From the human T2T-CHM13v2.0 reference genome, Homo sapiens: a stretch of 64,000 nt of DNA. Below the pieces are notes generated by a model. It searched no databases and was not told the DNA's origin. It saw only the letters and a list, made by a program, of their open reading frames with translations. The stretch is taken from assembly GCF_009914755.1 (NCBI RefSeq), contig NC_060925.1; one strand, 5' to 3'. The position numbers and the translations under genes are program-made. Below are positions 53,667 through 64,000 of the stretch, piece after piece (position 1 is the first letter of the stretch; each line of letters opens with the position of its first letter).

Positions 53667-56600
53667 TGCCATGTTCCCAGTTACTCAGGCTCCAAATGTC
53701 ATTAGCTCTCCCCCTCTCTTCTTCCCTTGTCTGATCAGTGATCAAGTCCTGTGACTTTTGCCACTGAATGATTCCTGAAAGGAGTACCCTTTTATCTCCA
53801 TTCCCATTCCCATTGCTCTCTACCATGGCATTGCTTTGCATCCAGAGTGACTATAATATTTGCCACCACATTCCAGGCAGCTACTGATTTTGCACTTCTC
53901 TTCATCATACCAGTCTGGCTAGCAGGCATCTTTATCCACATTCACCGATAAGGAAACAACAATTGGAGAGGGAAAGAATGTGTGGCATTGAGTGGCAGGA
54001 TTATACCTTAAGTATGCACTCTTCCCATGCTGGTTTCCCATCTCAATATCATGAGAAAAGAAATAACCGAAGCCATTTCTAAGTTGTGTTGGTTTATCCA
54101 TTGGCCAAGGTCTGATGAAAGGTGAAAGTTTAACCCAAAAAATGTAATCCAAACAGGCATAGTGGTAAAGGGGGCTTAGGAGTGACTTCGTGGGTTTGAA
54201 CCCTAGTTGTTGCAAATATCTGACTGCTGGAGATTGTAGTATCCAGTTGGCTGACATGTTGGAGTCTAGACTTGTTGGGATTTATACTTAAGTCTCTGTT
54301 ATACTACTGACTGTATTTTGTTTTATATTTATTTGTCTTATATAGATTGTTAGTCTTATATATTTTGTTAAATAAATATGCTATAATTAATAATATGCCT
54401 TATCTCCTTACTAAGCTTTAAGTTTTCTAAGGATAGAAGCTGTGTCTTTGTCTTTATCACATCTCATAGCAGTGCCTACTTCTGGCAGATGCTCAATAAA
54501 GATTTGTCGAATTGAATAATTTCTGATGCCCAGTGGGTGAAGTCCAATCTGTTAAGGAGGCATCTGACACCCTTCCCAATCAAGACAGCCCTAATTTCAT
54601 AGCCTCATGCCTGTCATTTCTCAACTCCTCTTCCCCACGCCTCCAGTGTTCCAGCCATAATGGCTGTCTTCCCCATAAACAGTGTGTTTTGCTCATGCTC
54701 TAATTATTTCCTCTTTTTGGATTGTCCTTCTCCACCTTGCATTCCTGGCATTCTCATCTTTCCAGGCCCAGGTGAAATATCACCTCCACCATGATGTTAT
54801 TCCTAACCCCCTTCCCCTCTGTGCCTCTTTGGAATTCTGTATACACTTTCATTAAAAGCCCAGTTCTAACAATCCATTTACAAATATTTTCTCCCCAGCT
54901 AGAATGATACTATGTAAGATAATTTTCAGAACCTAGGGTGACAGGCAAATATATAGCTTCTAAAATATTATTTTATCATAGGAGAATTAAACAGAGACAA
55001 AAAGAGTGAGGATCAGGATATAGAAAAAAATGTTTTGATCATAAATATAATGAAGAAAAGCTTTTCCAGTTAAAAAAGGGATTCCTGACTTGATTAGAGG
55101 AAAAAGGAGAAAGGACGAGAACCTACTCAGGCTTCCTGCTAAGGCTGTCAGAAGACTCAAGAGAAATGACTTCACAGCATGCCCAGGTTTGCAGCAGGAC
55201 CACAGCAGTTATGTAGAAAGACATTGATGGCATTGACTGTGGTGAAAGGTACCTCAAGGTGACGGCAGAGAGCCAGTAACTGATGAGTTCCTTTCTCTAA
55301 CTCCTCCACCACTTTGGCTTTACCCAAGACCAAAACTATAAGTGGCCATGAGGTTGGAGAGGGAAACTCAACCTTGATGAAACTAGACACTAGGTTGCCA
55401 TATAGAAAATAATTATTTTTTACAAAGCTGTTTCCAAACTAAAATTTATACTCATAGTGACTGGCACAGAGATAGTTCTTTAAAAGTTTGTCTTGAATAT
55501 TGAGTGGATGAATGAATGAATACAGGTTGGCCATACAAGTACAGAACTTTTTATGGTGTGCCTAATGAGTATTCAGTTGTTGGAATTTTAGAAAACAATA
55601 CATAACATAAATGCCTTTGCTTCCCAGATTGCAACTAACTGATAAATACTCAAAGAAATTGGCCAAATTCAAATTTTTAAAAAATCATCTTTATTGGTAT
55701 ATCTAAGGGATGAAACTTAAATCTGTAGCCACAGTCAGGATCCCTAATGCAATCTCTTTGAATGGAACTCTCCCTCAAACTGTGTTTCTGCCTCAGTAAC
55801 CTTCCACATGGATGAAACAAGAACACCCATATGCTGAGTCCAGGTCACAGAAAGACACCAATTACCCACAGGCCCCACAGGACTGAGCCAGGCATGCTTA
55901 GCTTATTCTCCCCAATCACCCATCAGATACTTCATAGTCTTCCCATAAGGAGAAGCCAGTTAAGGGTGAGGAGAAAGTCAGGAGTGTTTCTCTAGCTGAA
56001 CTCACACAGAGTCATGAGCTCAGAAGAGTGAAGCCGCCTCTCTAAAGTCAATACACAGCTGGTTATTGGCATGATGTATGAACAAATTCAATCCACTTGG
56101 CTTCCCAAATGCCTTAATCCTCTCCTGATACGATCAAATTGGTCCTCTCCTCAGGCGTGTCTGTCCGTTCAAGGTGGAATGGTGTAGGTCGGGTGCTATG
56201 GTGTCTCTAGGTTCTTGTTCCTACTTCAGAATAGGAGCAAACTTACTTAGAGTAATACTTCAGTCTCCTCATTTCTGCTTTCTCCCCCAAATTATATCAG
56301 ATGGTTGGAAGAAGCATTCTTATTATTATAGGAGATGAAAAGAACATTTTGAGTCTCCTTAACTCCCATCTCTCCTGGATCCCAGCACACAAATACAACC
56401 ATTCTCAGACTTTGTTCAAATTATAACATAGAGCCGAAATTAAGGGAAAATAACTGGCCAGCCAAGGGATTGTGACTTCTAGCCAAACCACCTTGTAAAT
56501 ATGTGTTTGTGTACATACATATGTGTATGCAAGCATATGTGTGCATACAAACACATATATACATGTGTGTATATGAATATTGTGATTTTTAAAGTTGCAC

Positions 56601-56990
56601 TGGTGGCTAGAACTGGGGTCTGTAGGAAACAATGCATAGAATTGCCTGTTCATTCTCCTTTAGGAGGCTGAGTAATTTAATGAAATTCCTCATGGGACGT
56701 AGATGCCCAAATAGGGAGACAGAGAAGTTTGTTGAGATGGAGTGGGCAAGAAAACAAACCACCTTGATCTTCCTTTCTTTAAGGAATGAGAGGAACCAGC
56801 TGTAAGGTCTGTGCTTTTTAGATCATCTATGTATTCTAAAGTCACGAGACAATCATTCCATCCTCTATCTGCCTTGCCTCAGTTAATTCCCATTACCCAA
56901 GGATATATTGTCTGGACTTTTCAATATTTAACTTAGTAGCATAAGGAAACAAAATGGGCTTAGAGTTCTTCCAAATTGGGTTTGTCTTTG

Positions 56991-57750
56991 GGTATTAGTT
57001 AAGATTAGGTTTGGCTATGAGTCAAAGAAACACAAATAACTGTAACTTAAAAAAAGAAATAAGTTTATCTCTCATATACAGCTGTTTCTTAATATCTGTA
57101 GGAGACTGGTTCCAGGACTCTCTGAGGTTACCAAAATCCATGTATGCTTGATTCCCTTATATAAAATATTATAGTATTTGTACATAACCTATGTATATCC
57201 TCTTGTATACTTTAAATCATCTCTAAATTACTTATAATACCTAACACAATGTAAATGCTATACAGATAATTGTTACAGTGTATTGTTTAAGGACAAGAAA
57301 AAAAGTCTGTACATGTTCAGTACAGATGCAATTTTTTTCTAAATATTTTCAATCTGTGATTATTTTAATTCATGAATGTGGAACCCATGAATATGAAAGG
57401 CAGACTGTATATATAAATCAAAATGTAGATAGTACAGGACTGGAATGGCAGCTTGGCTCCCAGAAGTTCTCAGGAATCCAGGCTTCGTTCTACACTGTTT
57501 CACCATGTGTGGCCTCCATTCTCGAGACCAACTCATGGCCTAATATAGTTGCTCCAGCTCCAGCCAGCACATCTGCACCCCATCCAGGAAGACAGAAGTG
57601 ACACAGAAGAGGAAAAGAAGAACACTTGCCAGCTATTTTTAAAGGAAGGTACCTAAAAGATGCCATATGACACTTTTGCTTCTGCCAGCTAAAAATAGAG
57701 GGTCTTATTTTAGGGGAGAATAGATTATGAGGAATGACTAGCAGCCTCAG
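56991..57750 (-). mobile_element. Old MLT1 (J/K-like) LTR split by MER2
   Basis: GTATTAGTTAAGATTAGGTTTGGCT...; resumes after 57409 with GTTGCTCCAGCTCCAGCCAGCACATCTGC. Confidence 0.65.
57079..57407. mobile_element. MER2 (Tigger-derived) DNA transposon
   Basis: TA|CAG...CTG|TA ends; internal TGGTTCCAGGAC..ACCAAAATCC and ACTTATAATACCTAACACAATGTAAATGCTAT. Confidence 0.9.
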
Positions 57751-57879
57751 CTGCACCTTGAAACACAGTACCTTTTATCTGTATTAGGAAATTACTGGCA
57801 ACATGCTCCTATCACCAACACCTTCATCATCTGCTTCACTCACTGACTCAAATTCCACCATTAGTCAACCCACCACTCC

Positions 57880-58270
57880 AACCAGAATGGTCTCTGTATA
57901 CTCACTTATAAAGAAAGATGCCTTGCAACCTTTCCTCCATACTTTTACCTACACTGGTCCTATTGTTTGGAATGCCCTCCATCCCCCTCTCTACCTATCT
58001 AAATTCTACCCATCTTTGAAGGCTCAGCTCAAGCCTTACCTTCTTGGAAAAGCCTCCTCTTCCCTTCCTTTGTCCCAATAACAGCTCTCTTTCTGAACTC
58101 CCATAGCTCACATTATCTACACTAGTCATCTGACTCTTGGCATATATAGACATATATGTTTAGCTCACATGCATGTCTTTCACCTTCAACTAGATTGTAA
58201 ACTCCTTGGAGGCAGAAAAACTATCATGACTTCTTTGCACCTTTCCGATACCTAGGCATACATATGCTTC
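57880..58270 (+). mobile_element. L2 3' fragment
   Basis: TGGAATGCCCTC...AGGCTCAGCTCAAG...ACTAGATTGTAAACTCCTTGGAGGCAG. Confidence 0.75.
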
Positions 58271-58334
58271 TAAAACTTCTATGTACCTGGCCACTTGTAA
58301 GTCAGGGTTGGGGGAATTAGCATAAGACCATGAG

Positions 58335-58480
58335 CCAAGAGAAATGAATCAGAAACTCAGCTCTGACCCTAACTAGGTCTGTAACCCTGGGCAAGGAACT
58401 TAACTTCTCTGAGCTTCAGATTTCTCATGTATAAAATACAAAAAGACCTGCCTAACCTAGTCCAAAGGGCTATGTTAAGG
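58335..58480 (+). mobile_element. MIR SINE, followed by (CA)n at ~58485-58513
   Basis: GTAACCCTGGGCAAGGAACTTAACTTCTCTGAGCTTCAGATTTCTCAT. Confidence 0.8.
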
Positions 58481-58579
58481 AATATACACACATACACACA
58501 CACACACACACACCCTTGGCATAAGGCAAACACCACACAAACCATATGTCTGTAGTTTCTGTCCGAGTTTTTGTTTTGT

Positions 58580-59043
58580 TTTGTTTTTTTACTGTAAGCA
58601 ATAGAAGCCAACAGCTCTTGCTAACTTGAGCAAAAATAGTCTTTATTGTAATAGCAGAGCAGATTGCTCACAGAATCAAAGTGTGTCTGGGGTCCAGACC
58701 AGTCTTGGAAAGAGATGGGGTGCAGGGCAGCTCTGGGGTCCAGGCAGCAAGAACTGTTTGACCAGCTTGTCAGGTGCATTGCCAGAAATGAACTAGCTCC
58801 AAGTTTCCAATGTTATGCCATTCCATGAGATTCATGTTCTGGGAGAGACTGGTTGGCCAAGCTTTGGGTATATGCTCCCACTCCTTGGTTACAGCAGACC
58901 AGGTAACCTTGATTCATGGTCCCACAAGGACTACCTATGCACAATAGAGGAAGGTCAAGTCCCCAAAGGAAATCAGAGTGATGTTATCAGAAGTAGGGTG
59001 AATGGATGCTGGGTGGTCAGAAAGCAGTAAATATCCACTATAG
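58580..59043 (-). mobile_element. Old MLT1-family LTR
   Basis: TGTAAGCAATAGAAGCCAAC..GCTAACTTGAGCAAAAA...AATGGATGCTGGG...AATATCCACTA. Confidence 0.6.
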
Positions 59044-59269
59044 GGCTTAATAACCATGTGTTGATTGAGTGACAGTGGCCCATTCCTTTAATTCTGAAGA
59101 TATTTTGCACTATAAGATAGTACAAGTGATTTCTTTAGACCTTATCAGTGAACACCTTGGAGAGCATCAGTTTATCAGATTCTTTCTACCAATGGCAATT
59201 AGAACAAGATCTTACAGAAAAGGGAAACAGAATGACTCCCTGATGGAGGGAGAGCACTAGGAGAGAGAA

Positions 59270-59580
59270 ATAAAATCTCAGTTCTGTCATCATGTGCTCA
59301 GAGAAATCTTTTCTGACCTTCCTGACTAGGTCAAGCCTCCCTCCATTCTACTTTCTTATAGCTCTGTGTCTTCTCCTTTGTGGCTAATACAGCGCAAGTT
59401 AAATTTGAGTTTTCAATTAATGGCCATTTCTCCTATAAGTTGTAAACTCTGAGGGCAGGGCCAATGTCTTTCTGCTCACTTCTGAGTTTCTGTTACATAT
59501 TCCAGAGCCTGGCATATTCTAAATATTTAGTAAATAATTATTGGATGGATGACATGAGTGAATAAATGAATGAATAGGTT
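59270..59580 (+). mobile_element. L2 3' end
   Basis: TGTAAACTCTGAGGGCAGGG...CCAGAGCCTGGCATAT...ATGAATGAAT. Confidence 0.75.
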
Positions 59581-60984
59581 CCAAAAGGGCCAGAAAAACT
59601 GGTCAGCTGCACAAGTATCTGGAGTAGGTCCTTCCAACCACAAATCAGGGGCAGGCACCATCTTTCCCTTCCCAGGCACACGGAGTGGCAGGAAAGAAGT
59701 TAAAAGTAGTGCAGATTAGCCAATGCACCATCCACTAGGGGCTGGGCCATGGTAGACTCTTTCCCAGAACCCTCCCCTGGAGGGTAGAAGGCCCATAAGG
59801 TGGTGGCAGCAGTCATCCACAGCTGCTGGGAGAGGAAATAAGTTATTCGCACTCTGATCTGGGGCATCCCTTACTTGCTGTGGGCATCTACCCAAGCAGG
59901 AGCATTGCTTATGTGGATGCTATGCTGCCCACGTGGCTAATCTGCATGTGTCTCCTGGGACAAAATAATAAGCGCTTCCATTTGTATGGCACTTCAAAGT
60001 CTACAGAGCTCTGTCGTAATTTTTTTTTTTTTATACACAACAACCAACTTGTAAGACATGCAAGTGTCATTGGCTTCATTTTATAGATGAAAAAATGAAG
60101 GCTCAGCATCTTGTTAAGGTTATACATCTAGGGAACTTCAAAGCCAGGTAATCTCCTCATCAAGGAATATACTTTTAGCATAAAAAATCTCAAGGCCTTC
60201 TTTTGAGCCCTAAAGATACCTCTTACCTTGTCACTGAACATAATGTTGAAACATGCCAAATAAGGGGATTCAGGGAAACAGGGTGTCAAGTTATGATTCA
60301 GTTTTAATTCTTGAGGGTACAGTTTTATTCTAGTGAAATCATATTATTAATAGGTTTCATCCTAGTTTGATTTAGAGGGAGAAAGAAAAAGAGAGAGTGA
60401 AAGAGATAGATAGACAAACTTTGATTTCATTTGCAATTCAGTTAAAATTTATTTTGTCTTTGAGTTTGGAACTGACAAATTAACTCCATTTTCTTCCCAT
60501 TTTTTATTCATTTTAGGTCAACTCGTTTTCTTCAGAGACAGCCTAGGCACAGGCCCTTTGAGGCGTGAAGGCTCAACCTGTGGATCCAGGCTCTCCACTC
60601 TGAGCCTAGCCCTAAGGCCTTCCCCCTCATGCAGGTCATGAAAAGCAGGTGACAATAGGTGGCTGGAGGAATTTCCTATGACCTGACTCCTCCTTGGGGG
60701 TCAGAGATCTGAATGTGTCATCATAATTGGAATTTTATCTGCATGCTTTAAAACAAAACAGCAACCACTCCCCCACAATTCTGGCTCAGGCTCTGTAAGA
60801 CACACGCTGAGATTTGAGGAGGTGATGGTGAGAAGTGATGCCTTCTGAGCTCAGGTGAACCAGGATGTGTTCTTCTTTTTCCTCAGATAGGGTCTGAGAC
60901 TCCCAGCAGCCTTTCATCAATGACCAAACTCCAAGAGCAGGTCTGGCCTGCGGTGCAGCAGCTAACACTCATCTAGCCCTTACC

Positions 60985-61165
60985 ATACTCCCAGTGCAGG
61001 GCTAAGTGCTTCACACATATTATCTCACCTGTGCTCACAACCCCCCTGAGGTAGCCACAAGTACCATCCCTGAGGAATCAACTCAGCAGAGTGAAGGAAA
61101 CTGCCCAAGACCACACAGCTAGTAAGTTCAGGAGCTGGGATTGCAATCTAGACTCATCCACTTCC
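60985..61165 (-). mobile_element. MIR SINE
   Basis: GCTAAGTGCTTCACACATATTATCTCA...CCCAAGACCACACAGCTAGTAAG..GAGCTGGGATT. Confidence 0.8.
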
Positions 61166-62853
61166 AGTGGGAAGGGGAAAAGAAGAATGGAGACAACCAA
61201 TCCCCAGTGAAAGCCTGGAAGCCAGGAGCAGAGCCTTCATTGTGCATGGAAGAGAGGTGTGCTTCTAACCCAAACTCCTTCCCAGGTCTTTTATGTGAGT
61301 AAAAATATAAATTTCTGTTGTGTTTGAGCTGTTATAATATTTGGGGGTTTATTTGTTGCAGCAGGGAGCATTAGTCCAAGTAGTCCATATAGGCACCTAA
61401 CCCAGCCTTGTAGGCTTGAGAAGGCCAAGTATGCTGATTCTGAAGACTAGGTAGTTGCCAACTAGGCAAATAAGAGGGGTAAAGGGGTTGTGCCTAGGCT
61501 CTCCCAGGAAGCTGGAGTTAGGAACTAAGGCCAGCCCAGTGGAGGCCAGTCTGAAATAAGGCCTCCTCAGTGGGCTCCTCCTGTCAGCCTGGCCTTATAA
61601 TACATATCTCTCTCCTTCCAGGCCCTCAGCAAGAGGAAGAGCCAGCTTCTAACATGTGGTGAGTGAGCCAGAGGTAGAGGTTGCAGGCCTTGAACAAATG
61701 CAAGTGGGGGAGAAAACAGACAAAAAACAATACCACCCTGTGAGTATGTCTCCTGGTCTTATCTCCATACTGTTTCCTGACTTCTTTTCTCCATAGTCCT
61801 AATTGCCCACCATACATCACATTTAAAATTGTTGAGAACTTTGGGAGACTCTGTCAGGGAGCCACGGTCTGCTGCCTGGCTCTCCCATCCTGGCTAGGCA
61901 TCTGCCTTCAGGCCTGCATGAGAAATCCTTCTCCTGCCCCATCACTCTGTTCTGATTTCCAAGCAAATGTTCCCTCATCACGTATCACAAACTGCTCTGC
62001 CCTGAGGGAACTTGACGGTGGTGATGGAAAGCTCCCACTGCCTCCTTCTGTGGGGTTTTTTTTGTAAAGACTGGAGTCTTCGTCCATCTTGGCAAGAAGT
62101 TGAAGACCCTTTTCTCCTTATGTTTTGCTGTAGTCATCCTTTCCATTCATTCAAAGCTTTGCCATAAGCTCATCCCCATGGCTTTGTAGACAAAACTCCC
62201 ACATCCCCCTGGTTCCCCACCAACCATCCCACCCCTGAATAAACAACAGCTCATTTGTAAGAGATTTTAATTTCATCTTGGTATGCCATTAAGGAGTGGA
62301 ATAAGGATCTCTATTCATTTTCACTCACATAGTATCTCCTACATTCTCCAACTGGTCTTTACCACAGAAACCTGTGGGGCCATACAGCATCTGCATAATT
62401 TTCACTCATCAGACTGGTTTGGGTTTCTTGGTGGTTTGCATAAATTATAAACAAGAGCACAAAAATCACACAACATAGACTCTACCATAAGGGGACATGT
62501 TCCCTCTGGCCTTGCCAGAGTGATAGGGACGTGTCTCTGTGTTCAAGTCTCCAATGATGTCCCCAGAAATGAGGCCAAGCCTATCCTGGCCCCTCCTGGA
62601 TGGGTCCACAGTGACCCGCTGTCTTCCCCACCAACTCATTCTGGGTTCCCAGGAGACTTCCTAGCACAGAACAATACCATCCTAGCACCGCAACTGGAGA
62701 CCAGGGTGTGGAACTGTCCCCATGTACAATGGCTGCTGGGTCTTCTGTGCCGAGGATCAGAGGAGTGAGTTGGAAGGAAGAGCCAAGGGTTTCCACTGGA
62801 ACCTTCTGCCTCTATGAGCGCCATGAGGTTCTTTAGAAACAGACCCTCTAAAA

Positions 62854-63047
62854 CAAGGGGCCCCAAACTTTTTCTGTAAGGGCCAGACAATACAGATAGC
62901 AAATATTTCAGGCTTTCCAGGCCACAGACAGCCTGTTATATATTCTTCTTCTCCTTTTTTTTAATGACCTCAAAAAAAAAGTAAAAACCATTCTTTGCTG
63001 GCAAGCCATAGAAAGCAGGCCCGCAAGCAGGAGTTTGCCCAACCCTG
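62854..63047. mobile_element. MER58-type hAT-Charlie DNA transposon
   Basis: CAAGGGGCCCCAAACTTTTTCTGTAAGGGCCAGA...AGTTTGCCCAACCCTG; 8-bp TSD CTCTAAAA/CTCTAGAA (7 of 8). Confidence 0.88.
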
Positions 63048-64000
63048 CTCTAGAACACCACCAGGCCCTCCTCTATCCCCTCAGCCTTCACCTCCTCCCC
63101 ACTCTGGGACTCTGGGATCCCTCTGAACTGCTCTGAGCTGGTGTCTCCTTCCGCACAGGCTTTGCAGAGGGACTTCAGCAGGCAGAACTGCCCTCTGGAG
63201 TTCAGGAGCCCTCCTGCTCTGCAACCCTATGTACCCTCCTTTGCCAAGTGAGTGGCCTGGTTGTATCTTAAACAAATATCAGATATTAGTCTCAGCCCTG
63301 CTCATGTGTCCTGGGAATGAATTAAGCCTTGGTGTTTCCCAGTGAGGTAGGTACATACTATTAGCCTCATCCACATTTGCAGATGCTGAAGCTCAAGAGC
63401 TGAACCAATCATCCTAGCACTGCCCAACAACCACTTGTCAGAATTTAAAAGAAAGCCCAGGAGTCTGGGCTTTACATTTTCTCAGAACATGATCAGAGAT
63501 TATTCTGTCCCACCCCTGCCCAGTGATTCAACCCCAAAGAGAGCAAGAATGCAAGAGAGAACACCATCAGCCACACAGAATTTCTTTCCAGATCTGAAAG
63601 ACACTCTGAAAACAGAATGAACCCCAGCACTCAAAGCTATGGGGCTAGGTGGAGCAGCCCTCTCTGCCCTGCTGACAAGTCTTGTCAAGCTAAAAATAAA
63701 GTTTATAAAAGTAAATTATCTCATTTTATAACTTAAGTGCATCAAGCATTTCCTTAAATATAGTTCACACTGAAAATAAAGTTACTTTTGCTGTACAGTT
63801 GGTGTCTGTTATAATTAGGAATAAACTTTGAGGGTAAAATACGAAAGGTTACACACTCACACACACACATCTATCTATCTGTCCTTCTGTCTATTGGTGT
63901 GTAGATGGATAGACATATGCACCTCTTGACAAGAGCTTCCCCGACATGGTGGGAAGTTGTTAGGAGTCCCTAAGTATCTAGTTTGCATGAGAATGTCTAT

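Noticed and set aside
55172-55390. Protein-like 72-aa minus-strand ORF
   Set aside because: No family recognised and no convincing splice or pseudogene hallmarks.
59728-59748. CTCF-like CCACTAGGGGCTG
   Set aside because: One G short, which breaks the GGC core spacing.

Overview
This is non-coding, repeat-rich simian primate DNA, probably human. It looks intergenic or deep intronic. I recognise no protein-coding exon, RNA gene or CpG island, and the listed ORFs are repeat-derived or chance frames. By eye roughly half the window is transposon fossils: Alus, a TSD-flanked L1PA, old L1M pieces, many L2/MIR/L3 fragments, MaLR/ERVL LTRs, a two-LTR THE1 provirus and hAT/Tigger DNA transposons, often nested. 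I found no convincing new biological system. The best second-look items are a strong CTCF-like motif (5365-5383), a pair of DR1 nuclear-receptor elements (36004, 37384), a twin-priming-type inverted L1MA, a nearby 'empty' copy of an Alu insertion site, a ~95-bp triplication of an L1 terminus, a GGAA/GGGA tract and two near-perfect hairpins. Repeat subfamily names come from recalled consensus sequences, and boundaries are approximate unless a TSD or TIR is quoted.
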